Shown in pieces: positions 8,223-16,684 of a DNA stretch of 64,000 bases. The stretch is taken from contig JBGVLZ010000039.1 of assembly GCA_045124505.1 (NCBI GenBank), forward strand, positions 23,110 through 87,109. The letters are read 5' to 3'. Origin of the DNA: Eubacteriales bacterium. Its GTDB lineage: Bacteria; Bacillota; Clostridia; Oscillospirales; CAG-272. Numbering within the stretch: position 1 is the stretch's first letter; every line of letters begins with the position of its first letter. The position numbers and the translations under genes are program-made. Under the pieces are notes generated by a model that did not search any database, was not told the origin of the DNA, and saw only the letters and a list, made by a program, of their open reading frames with translations.

Positions 8223-10373
8223 CTACATTCTGTACGAAATTTCGACCACAATACTCGTAATAAAGCTTATGATCTTTGTCATCAAGCTGGAGAACAACAA
8301 TGCGATAAACATGATTGCCGCCATACCAACTATCGTACTGATACTGATTATAAGGTTCTTTCCGAGTGAATAGTCATGTGTTATCATCGAGCCGAAGAAT
8401 ATAAGCAAGCCTACCCAGATCCACATGATGGATGTGAGAAGTGTTATGATCTGCGATTCGTTGAGTGTGAATATGTTTGTCAAAAGTGTTGCGGGTATCA
8501 TCAACAGCGGGATAGGTGCAAGTGCATAGGATGATGCAATAAAGATATCCTTGAAGCTTCCTTCACCTTCAAACAGTGTTGTAAGACACCAGTTTGCAAG
8601 ACACCACAGGAAAAGCGGAACGAGAATTGAAATGATCTGACCGAACACGCTTATGTATTCGCCCTGCGGGTTGAAAAGATATGCAGAACCGATACCGTTA
8701 TAAGTAAATGCTACTATCGCCAATACGATGTATACAATAGCACCTCTTACCGAGCCTCGTCTTTCATACTTCAGATCCCAGAAGCCGTCAAACGGGTGCA
8801 TTATTACATGCATACCGTAAAGAACTTCTTCCCAGAATGTTCTTGAGCCGTCAGGTCTCGTCGCAACCTCTTTGTTCTTACGTCCTGCATAACCGAAGAA
8901 GTAGTATATAGCTACTGCTATGATTACAACAACTATCGGAACAACAAGTGCGTATTTTGCAACCCATTCCTGTCTGTAATACTTGAATGCTGTTGAATAG
9001 TTTTCTGTATCGTATGCAAACTTGTACATATCCATAGCATCTTCGTATTTACCGTCACGGTAATACGCTCTGCCAAGTCCTACATAAGCTGCATCGAAGT
9101 TATTGTTACGTTTAAGAATTTCAAGCCAGTCAGCTTCAGCTTCGTCGTAACGGCGTTCACGCTGATTCTTGATAGCGTTGATAAGTGTGTCACCGTAATC
9201 GGTACGCTTCATAACTGTGATATTGTCAGCAGTTTTGTCGAGAAGCAGCATATCATCGCCCATATATGTGATAGCCTGAATACTCTGAAGGTTTCCAAGC
9301 TGTGTACCCTGGTCACCGAATACGAAAAGCAAACGTCCTTCTTCATCGTATGTGAATACTTTGTTTCTCTTTTCGTCGATAATGCTCCATGTGCCTTCCG
9401 GACCGAGTGCAACGTCAATGATCTTTGACGGACCCATGATGGAAGTTGAGCTTGTTGAAGTAGTTTCATCATGTACTTCTACTTCACCTGACGGAGGCCA
9501 GAAGCCGTTACGGTCAAGGATCTCGTCACCGGCAGTGTTAAGCTTCTTTACAGGAGCGTAGTCACCGGATTTGTCCTTACCCTTAATTGCATTCTGCTGT
9601 GCGCCTTCATCAATTGACGATGTGGTAACGTAGATAAGACCCATATCGTCGATTGTGATATTGTTATACTCTGTTGATACGACTGTATCTGAGTATTTTC
9701 TCTGTTCTTCTGTCTGGAACTTTCTCCAGAAGATCTCCCAAGCACTGAGGGAGGATTTCTGTGCACCGATAAAGCCCTGGAAGTTACCTTCCTTGTTGAT
9801 TGCAATAATACCTCTGTATGTAGTCGATGAAACGATGTACATACGGCCTGCGGCATCAACTGCAAGCGCAACGGGACGGTAAAGGTCATCAACGCTGATT
9901 TCCTTTGAAACGGGCTTGCCGATTATCTCAAGGAATTTACCTTCCTTGTCAAATACAACAATACGGCTGTTGTCAGTATCGGCAACATAAATTTTTTCAT
10001 CTGTAACAAACACACCGTTAGGGTTTGTAAGTGCATCCTTTATGCCGTGTTCGTTTACAAATTCATCGATTATAAATCTCTGCTTAAAACGGTTGTTAAG
10101 AACAACTATTCTGTGATTTGTAGCATCTGCGATATAAACATTGTTATCAGCATCTACTGTGATATCCTTGGGGTCGTCTATATCAACGACAAGTCCCATT
10201 GAATCGCTGTCGACGATCTCCGACGGAACGTATGCGTCAGGAGAATTCATCGGGTGTCCTTCAAGTGAATAGGTATATGTCTGATAAGAATAATATGCGG
10301 ACGCCGTGATAGGCGAAAGAACCGTAAGTACACCTATAAGGACAGCAAGTGTTCTGAAAAGTATTTTTTTCAT
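8223..10373 (-). CDS. exported NHL-repeat beta-propeller / TPR / C-terminal Yip1-type multi-pass membrane protein
   Basis: Signal peptide. NHL-like blades (NNVYIADATNHRIVVLN, KIYVADTDNSRIVVFD, GRMYIVSS...). TPR-like AAYVGLGRAYYRDGKYEDAMDMY. About 5 C-terminal TM helices. Confidence 0.7.
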   Translation of the reverse strand: MKKILFRTLAVLIGVLTVLSPITASAYYSYQTYTYSLEGHPMNSPDAYVPSEIVDSDSMGLVVDIDDPKDITVDADNNVYIADATNHRIVVLNNRFKQRFIIDEFVNEHGIKDALTNPNGVFVTDEKIYVADTDNSRIVVFDKEGKFLEIIGKPVSKEISVDDLYRPVALAVDAAGRMYIVSSTTYRGIIAINKEGNFQGFIGAQKSSLSAWEIFWRKFQTEEQRKYSDTVVSTEYNNITIDDMGLIYVTTSSIDEGAQQNAIKGKDKSGDYAPVKKLNTAGDEILDRNGFWPPSGEVEVHDETTSTSSTSIMGPSKIIDVALGPEGTWSIIDEKRNKVFTYDEEGRLLFVFGDQGTQLGNLQSIQAITYMGDDMLLLDKTADNITVMKRTDYGDTLINAIKNQRERRYDEAEADWLEILKRNNNFDAAYVGLGRAYYRDGKYEDAMDMYKFAYDTENYSTAFKYYRQEWVAKYALVVPIVVVIIAVAIYYFFGYAGRKNKEVATRPDGSRTFWEEVLYGMHVIMHPFDGFWDLKYERRGSVRGAIVYIVLAIVAFTYNGIGSAYLFNPQGEYISVFGQIISILVPLFLWCLANWCLTTLFEGEGSFKDIFIASSYALAPIPLLMIPATLLTNIFTLNESQIITLLTSIMWIWVGLLIFFGSMITHDYSLGKNLIISISTIVGMAAIMFIALLFSSLMTKIISFITSIVVEISYRM

Positions 10374-10382
10374 ATTTCCTCC

Positions 10383-11258
10383 TTAATCCTTCATACCCGA
10401 TGTACCCATCGTTTCAATAATGTTACTCTGTGTGATGACAAATACCGTAACAGGGACGATCATCATGATAACCATCGCCGCTGTACTTGCGCCGGCACGG
10501 ACGATACCTGCCGACAATATCTGGTTGATAGCGTAGTTGAATGTCTTCCACTGTTCACTCTGAATATAGATAGAAGAACCTGTGTTCCAGAGTCCCTGGA
10601 AGGAGTACACGATAAGTGTAAGCCAAGCGGGCTTAACCATCGGCATCGCTATTGTCCAGAATACCTTAAATTCACCTGCACCGTCAAGACGTGCAGATTC
10701 AAGAACCTGGTCAGATACTGAAGATTCCATAAACTGCTTCATAAGGTAAAGACCGAGAGTTGAGCAGAATGCAGGGATGATTATCGCCAGAATGTTGTCG
10801 ATAAGTCCGAGGAATCTCATTGTGATGAAGTTTGCAACACCCGTGATCGTTGAAACGAACATGAGGGAGAGGACGACCATCTTGAACATACCGTTTCTGC
10901 CGGGGAACGGAATCTTTGCAAGCGCATAAGCTGCCAAAGAACCGAGCGCAAGGTTACCAAACGTACCGCAAACCGTAATAAGAACGGTATTGAATATGTA
11001 ACGTGAGAAAGGAACCCAAGATGTGCTCATCAATTTGAACAGGTCGGAGTAGTTTTTAAGCGTGGGGTTGATAACGTAAAACTTCGGAGGGAATATCCAA
11101 AGCTCATCAAGAGGCTTGAATGACTGCATTACCGCAAAGTACATGGGCAAAAACATCATCGCACCGAGAATGATAAGCATTATTGTGATACCCGCGTCAC
11201 CGCCGGCGGAGCGGTTGAGGACGACTTTATGATTACGAACTCTTAACTTCTTAGCCAT
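10383..11258 (-). CDS. carbohydrate ABC transporter permease (MalG-like), first pair
   Basis: EAA loop ESARLDGAGEFKVFWTIAMPMVKP, 6 TM. Confidence 0.85.
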   Translation of the reverse strand: MAKKLRVRNHKVVLNRSAGGDAGITIMLIILGAMMFLPMYFAVMQSFKPLDELWIFPPKFYVINPTLKNYSDLFKLMSTSWVPFSRYIFNTVLITVCGTFGNLALGSLAAYALAKIPFPGRNGMFKMVVLSLMFVSTITGVANFITMRFLGLIDNILAIIIPAFCSTLGLYLMKQFMESSVSDQVLESARLDGAGEFKVFWTIAMPMVKPAWLTLIVYSFQGLWNTGSSIYIQSEQWKTFNYAINQILSAGIVRAGASTAAMVIMMIVPVTVFVITQSNIIETMGTSGMKD

Positions 11259-11259
11259 A

Positions 11260-12219
11260 TTATTCGCCCACCTTCGAGAGTAATTTCTGAATAAGCATAT
11301 TTGAACCGATCATCATCAAGAACAATATAGTAGCAATTGCCGATGAATAACCTACCTCGAAACGCTGACCGCCGTAGTCTTCAAGGTGGTGCATGATCGT
11401 ATGCGCACAGTAGTCAACAGACGGGAAGCCTGCAAGTGCTGTAACGATACCGCCGAATCCGAATGCGCCCGTGATAGCCATAACGGCACCGAACAAAAGC
11501 TGGGGACGCATTGTAGGAAGTGTGATATACCAAAGTTCCTGCCATCTGTTACGTATACCGTCAATAGCGCCTGCTTCATAAAGGCTGTTATCGATAGTCT
11601 GAAGACCTGCGATAAACGAAAGGAACGTAACACCGAGCGATGTCCAGAGTGCAACTACTATACAAAGAGGCATAACATAATTTACATCCTGGAAGAACTG
11701 TATAGGTTCTGTTCTTAAGTTAAGTGAAATAAGAAGTGCGTTAACGTATCCGTAACGGTCAGAGGAGAAGAAGATCGCAAAGATTGAATACATCGCACCG
11801 GAAATACTCGGAGCGTAGAATATAAGTGTAACAATAGCTCTTACCTTCGGTGAAAGCTCATTGATAAACCACGCAACGAAAAGTGACATGATGTACGATA
11901 CAGGACCTGTAACGATAGCGAATATAAGTGTATTCTTAACCGCTGTAAGGAATATATCGTCATCAAGGAATAATCTTAAGTAGTTGTCAAAACCCAACCA
12001 TTTAGGCCATTCAAGCAAGTTGAAGGACGTAAAGCTGAGTACCAGCGACAAAAGAACGGGAACAACAGTGAATATAAAGAACAGAATGAAGAACGGAGCG
12101 ATCATTACATAGCCCATCTTGTGCTTCTTCATTTCTTTCCATGTCCACTGCAATTTCGACATATCTTTACGTGATACAGGCTTCACTTTGTCGGTTTTAA
12201 CTGCCGTATTTTGTGACAT
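11260..12219 (-). CDS. sugar ABC transporter permease (MalF-like), first pair
   Basis: EAA loop EAGAIDGIRNRWQELWYITLPTMRP, multi-TM. Confidence 0.85.
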   Translation of the reverse strand: MSQNTAVKTDKVKPVSRKDMSKLQWTWKEMKKHKMGYVMIAPFFILFFIFTVVPVLLSLVLSFTSFNLLEWPKWLGFDNYLRLFLDDDIFLTAVKNTLIFAIVTGPVSYIMSLFVAWFINELSPKVRAIVTLIFYAPSISGAMYSIFAIFFSSDRYGYVNALLISLNLRTEPIQFFQDVNYVMPLCIVVALWTSLGVTFLSFIAGLQTIDNSLYEAGAIDGIRNRWQELWYITLPTMRPQLLFGAVMAITGAFGFGGIVTALAGFPSVDYCAHTIMHHLEDYGGQRFEVGYSSAIATILFLMMIGSNMLIQKLLSKVGE

Positions 12220-12276
12220 GTGTGTACTCTCCTATATTAAAATTATATAATGAATATCTTTTTTCTATTATATCAT

Positions 12277-12310
12277 CACAGCGCCGAGCCGCCAAAGGCT
12301 CGGCGGTGTG
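12277..12310 (-). other. intercistronic stem-loop after the binding-protein gene
   Basis: 14-bp stem CACAGCGCCGAGCC / GGCTCGGCGGTGTG (1 mismatch). No U-run follows on the transcribed strand, so it is more likely an mRNA-stabilising or processing hairpin than a full terminator. Confidence 0.6.
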
Positions 12311-12318
12311 ACAACGGT

Positions 12319-15300
12319 TTATTCATTTCCGTATACATCCTCGTATATCGGCAGACCGAATTCCTGTCTCTTTCTTGAAAGCTCGCTGTTGATATTAACA
12401 ACATTGTCAAGAAGTGCGTCAACGGGATCAGTACCGTTGTTGTAAGCATCAAGGAATGCAAAGTCAACGTAACGTGTTATGATGTAACCGCCGGGATATT
12501 CAGGAGTACCTTTAAGGTTCTGGAACTGTGCCTCAAGGTTCTTCATTTCGGAAGATGTCCAAGGCATACTTCTGAGCGCTTCCATGTTAGCTGTGTTGTA
12601 TTTAGCAGCCATACCGATGAGCGCTTCGTACTGTCTTGCATATTCGCTCTGTGCAGGAGCATCTGTCCACCACTTGATGAATTCCCATGCATCGTTTCTT
12701 ACCTTTTCGGATCTGTTTTCGTCAGCCATAAGGATAACTGCAGAAACGGAACAAGGAACGGAGTTATTAAGCTCACCTGTTTCGGGATCTATTGTACCGG
12801 GAAGCGGAACAAATTCCCACAAGCCCTTGATTTCAGTAGCATAGATCGAGAAGTGGTTGTATGTAAGATAATCCGCAACAGCGATGGGCATTTCACCCAT
12901 TCTGAAGTAAGTTGCAAGGTCAAATACTCTGGGGAAGTTATACGATGTGAACAAGTCACAAAGCTTCTTGAAGCAGTCGAGTGAGGTATTGGAGTCAATA
13001 TTGATCCTCATACCGTTGTCCTTGTAAAGGTCTTCATCAAGCTGATACATGAATATCTGAAGACCGCCAAGGCTGGATGCCATACCGACATCACGGTAGT
13101 TTGTCTGAAGGTCGGGAACGATCTCATAAAGGTCATCCCATGTTCTCGGAACTTCAATGTCAAGCTCTGCAAAGATGTCCTTACGGTAGAACATCATAAC
13201 GAAGCCAAGACGCTCCGGAACACCGTAATAGTCATAGTAGTGGGGATCGTTTTCATCCGTAATTTCAGGGTTCTGAAGTCTCAGACCTACAAGAGTTTCG
13301 GGATTGAAACGGTTTGTATTGCCTACATAGTCGAAGTAATCTTCAAACTGTGACAAAGGCTCAATAGCGCTACGTATCGCATAGTTGATAACGTCGGACT
13401 GACCTGTTGCCAAGGAGATATCGGGACCTGTTCCTGCAAGTGTTGCGGGAAGGAGCGTACCGCCTGCAACGAGCTTAAGGTTAACTGTTACGGGACAATC
13501 CTTGTCAACAAGCTCACGCATAACCTGCGCTTCATCACGGCTCGTTGCGATCCATACTTCAACAACGTTTTCTTCGTCGATCTTTTCGGATGCACCGAGT
13601 GAGTTATAGTCTGTGAAGAAGCTCTGGAAGAATGAGCTTATTTCGAACCAAAGGCTCTGCCAGAAGCTTGCATTTGCTTCAGGAACTTCTGCATCAGCAG
13701 CCTGAATGAGCAAATAGTCAAGTGTAAGGGGCTGGAGCTTCGTGTTCATTATCCATGTACCGAGCGTACCGGAGTTAACCTTGAGGTTTTCAAGGTTCTT
13801 CGCTATCTCGTCTTCATCGGTACACATCTTATTAAGGATAAATATAATCTTTTCAAGTGTCGCTATGTTCTCTGCGGACTTACCTTCAGAGATCTCAAGG
13901 AACATATCAACGATCGACTGAAGCTCATCTCTTGTCTTCTGCATGAGAATGATAGTGTCGTATATCTGTTCTGCGAAACCGTAGTCCATATTTTCGTCAG
14001 GTGTAGGACCTGTAATTCTCAATATGGAGTTATATATTTCGTTCATGTTTGTCAGTGATGTTTCGCAGCGGCGAAGCGCATCTGACAAATTACCGTAAAC
14101 TACTTCGAGTCGGATTGTGTACTCTTTGCCTGCCTCAAGGTAGAACTTAAACTCTTCCTCGCCGTTATTGAGGGGAGCTGTTACCCAGTCGTCGGCATAG
14201 TTAAACTGCAAGTAACTTGCTTCTTCAAACGGTAATTCACCGTTGATGAATATACGTCTTGAAACGTAAAGACCTGCCAATGTATTCTGCAGGAAACGGG
14301 GGATAATGTTGTAAAGACCCGACTGTGTTATTGCAGATGCGGGAATCGTCCATTCTATCCACTGTCCTATGTTCTGCCATTTGCTTCCGCCGATAGTATT
14401 AAGCTTCTGCTTTGCAGGGTCCTGCGGTTCTGTTATAGGCGAAGTTCTGTCATTGAGTGCGTATATTGTAAGATCGGAAGCGTAAATAGGATATTCAGCC
14501 TGGATCTTATACGCAGCTGACTTATCTACTGCGGGAAGATCTGCATACTGTGCAATATACTTCTCGTATGAAATAAGTGTTTCCGCTTTTTCCACTGTGA
14601 TATCGTAAAGATACATATCGTTCATCGTAGCTTCGAAAGCAATTGTGTGTTCACCTGCTTCAAATACAAACTTGAACGGATCTATGTGGAAGCCTGCGGA
14701 ATCGCAAAGACTGTATTCGCTCCACATATACGCCTGCTGCTTCTCGGGCTTCTTGTCGTTGCCGTTGAAGTCAAGCTTGAATGCGGGAAGTCCGTTTTCA
14801 TCCTGCTCGGTGTAAACATCCTTGAACGCACGTGTCATTTCAAAATAGTTGGCTTCCTTGAAGGGAACCTTGCCGTCTATTCTGAATACACGCTCAATAG
14901 TCGAGGTGTTTGCAGAACCGGAATCGTTTTCAACGGGTCTGTAAGTAAGCTTAACTGTGTAATAGCCGGTAGTAGGAATGGATATCTTCCACGAAACCGT
15001 ACCTGTCTGCGGAACGTAAAGGACATCGCCCTTTTTGCCGTCAGGGTCAGTTACGACCTTCGCAATATCTTCCTCCTTGCCGTATTCCTCATCCTTTGCG
15101 AAAGTGAAGCCTTCTGCCGCCTTAACGGTTACAGAACCATCACCGTCGGTAATTCCGAGGTTGTTGTTCTCCTGAAGATAGTCATAATACGTCTGTGCAT
15201 CAAGCAGCTCACGCACTTCTTCGATACTTGTCGTAGTCGATGTGCCTTCAGCGGCATTGATACCCACGGGCGATATGGCCGTCAACAGGGCGAGAAAAAC

Positions 15301-15333
15301 AATCAAAGCTCTTGACAATTTTGATTTTCTCAT
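12319..15333 (-). CDS. giant (~1004 aa) extracellular solute-binding protein with two N-terminal beta-sandwich-like modules
   Basis: Start reassigned to MRKSKLSRALIV (SD GGAGGAATACCC-ATG). Signal peptide has no lipobox Cys. An internally repeated module is visible (RVFRIDGKVPFKEANYF versus RRIFINGELPFEEASYL). The C-terminal half resembles family-1 sugar-binding proteins. Confidence 0.75.
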   Translation of the reverse strand: MRKSKLSRALIVFLALLTAISPVGINAAEGTSTTTSIEEVRELLDAQTYYDYLQENNNLGITDGDGSVTVKAAEGFTFAKDEEYGKEEDIAKVVTDPDGKKGDVLYVPQTGTVSWKISIPTTGYYTVKLTYRPVENDSGSANTSTIERVFRIDGKVPFKEANYFEMTRAFKDVYTEQDENGLPAFKLDFNGNDKKPEKQQAYMWSEYSLCDSAGFHIDPFKFVFEAGEHTIAFEATMNDMYLYDITVEKAETLISYEKYIAQYADLPAVDKSAAYKIQAEYPIYASDLTIYALNDRTSPITEPQDPAKQKLNTIGGSKWQNIGQWIEWTIPASAITQSGLYNIIPRFLQNTLAGLYVSRRIFINGELPFEEASYLQFNYADDWVTAPLNNGEEEFKFYLEAGKEYTIRLEVVYGNLSDALRRCETSLTNMNEIYNSILRITGPTPDENMDYGFAEQIYDTIILMQKTRDELQSIVDMFLEISEGKSAENIATLEKIIFILNKMCTDEDEIAKNLENLKVNSGTLGTWIMNTKLQPLTLDYLLIQAADAEVPEANASFWQSLWFEISSFFQSFFTDYNSLGASEKIDEENVVEVWIATSRDEAQVMRELVDKDCPVTVNLKLVAGGTLLPATLAGTGPDISLATGQSDVINYAIRSAIEPLSQFEDYFDYVGNTNRFNPETLVGLRLQNPEITDENDPHYYDYYGVPERLGFVMMFYRKDIFAELDIEVPRTWDDLYEIVPDLQTNYRDVGMASSLGGLQIFMYQLDEDLYKDNGMRINIDSNTSLDCFKKLCDLFTSYNFPRVFDLATYFRMGEMPIAVADYLTYNHFSIYATEIKGLWEFVPLPGTIDPETGELNNSVPCSVSAVILMADENRSEKVRNDAWEFIKWWTDAPAQSEYARQYEALIGMAAKYNTANMEALRSMPWTSSEMKNLEAQFQNLKGTPEYPGGYIITRYVDFAFLDAYNNGTDPVDALLDNVVNINSELSRKRQEFGLPIYEDVYGNE

Positions 15334-15446
15334 GGGTATTCCTCCTGTGAAATTTAACTGAAAACAAGTAAAAACTTGCAGGTATAAACAAAAAACCGAC
15401 ACAATCCGAGCGATTCTCCATTTAACCGATTTCATATTTATAAATA

Positions 15447-15475
15447 ATAATAACACATCTTTGCACCGTTGTCAA
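15447..15475 (-). promoter_or_regulatory. sigma-70-type promoter of the seven-gene operon
   Basis: Minus strand TTGACA (15470-15475), 17 nt, TATTAT (15447-15452). Confidence 0.6.
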
Positions 15476-15518
15476 GTATTGTTACGTCATAATTACCTGC
15501 AATTTATGCGCAAAACAC

Positions 15519-15597
15519 GGTAAGCAAGCGGGGGATTTGTGTCTTTTACTTGCTTTTCACAAAAGCAAAAAGTAAGTTTGTGCCACAAAAATCCGCA
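15519..15597. repeat. long imperfect nested palindrome upstream of the operon promoter
   Basis: GGATTTGTG (15533-15541) pairs with CACAAAAATCC (15584-15594). The inner pair is CTTTTACTTGCTTTT / AAAAGCAAAAAGTAAG around CAC. Confidence 0.6.
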
Positions 15598-15996
15598 CGT
15601 GTGCAAGTGCAGTAAATTTAATTCACCTCACTTGAAAATCGATGCGCAAAACGCCCTTGAAATATTAATTTTAATTGAACTTCTGTGTTATTTTTCATTA
15701 AGTTATTTTTGCCTTTTTAATAATTACTAACAAGTAGTGAATAATATTCACTTTGTTTGATAGGAAATAAATTAACATATCAAACGATGCGTGCTCCCGT
15801 ATTGTGCATTTTGCACAATTAAAAGACCGATTTTTCTACCTTTTGACGAACGCTTTTTTTGTTAACATTTTGTAACTTTTGCCAAGAAAAAAGCGAAAAT
15901 ACGTTTTCTTCTTAAAAATTCGCCTCATGTATTTACTTTTTCGCCGTAATGAGTATAATATATATGCAACCCAAATTTACAGAAAGTGTACTGACG

Positions 15997-16581
15997 ATGG
16001 AAAAAACTATACTTCGAAAATACTTCAAGCGGATACCGACGCTTAATACCGAAAATCTTATACTTCGAAAAATAAAGCCGACTGATTTTCCAGATATGTT
16101 TGAATATGCAAGACTCGAATCAGTAACAAAATTCCTCACATGGCGGGCGCATCCCGATGCAGAATATACACGAAGATATCTCCGCCTTGTGCAGGATCAG
16201 TACAGCGACGGCGAATTTTACGATTGGGCGGTAACTTTAAAAGAATCAGGGAAAATGATCGGCACGTGCGGTTTTACCTCATTTGACGAAAACAACAACG
16301 CAGGCGAGGTCGGCTACGTTATCAATCCCGTCTATGCAGGACGCGGTTATGCCTCAGAGGCACTTGCTGAAGTTATGAAGGTTGGATTTATGACGCTCAA
16401 CCTGCACCGAATTTATGCGCGCTGTATGGACGGAAATGTTGCAAGTTTGCGTGTTATGGAAAAATGCGGTATGACTTACGAGGGCTGTGCAAGGTCGAGT
16501 ATGTACATAAAAGGAAAATACACATCAATTCATACAAGCGCAATAATAAGTGATGAATTTATAAGGAATTTAAAAAAATAA
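15997..16581 (+). CDS. GNAT family N-acetyltransferase (RimJ/RimL-like)
   Basis: Typical GNAT core (GTCGF...NAGEVGYVINPVYAGRGYASEAL). Start moved to MEKTIL because the TATAAT at 15954-15959 lies downstream of the first ATG. Confidence 0.8.
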   Translation: MEKTILRKYFKRIPTLNTENLILRKIKPTDFPDMFEYARLESVTKFLTWRAHPDAEYTRRYLRLVQDQYSDGEFYDWAVTLKESGKMIGTCGFTSFDENNNAGEVGYVINPVYAGRGYASEALAEVMKVGFMTLNLHRIYARCMDGNVASLRVMEKCGMTYEGCARSSMYIKGKYTSIHTSAIISDEFIRNLKK

Positions 16582-16592
16582 ATGTACTTAAA

Positions 16593-16619
16593 GCGGGTTG
16601 TCGAGGCGCCAACCCCTAC
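16593..16619 (-). repeat. REP-like unit (GTAGGG + hairpin)
   Basis: Minus strand reads GTAGGGGTTG-GCGCCTCGA-CAACCCGC. Confidence 0.55.
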
Positions 16620-16646
16620 AGCATCGCTTCGAATATGCAAAACCAA

Positions 16647-16684
16647 CAAGGTCGGTTTGGAAAAATCCAAACCGACCTTGTTTT
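16647..16684. terminator. bidirectional terminator (GNAT gene / helicase gene)
   Basis: 14-bp stem CAAGGTCGGTTTGG / CCAAACCGACCTTG followed by TTTT. Confidence 0.8.

Noticed and set aside
15334-15456. 41-codon upstream extension of the binding-protein ORF
   Set aside because: The internal MRKSKLS start has a GGAGGA SD and begins a canonical signal peptide. The extension would bury the signal peptide.
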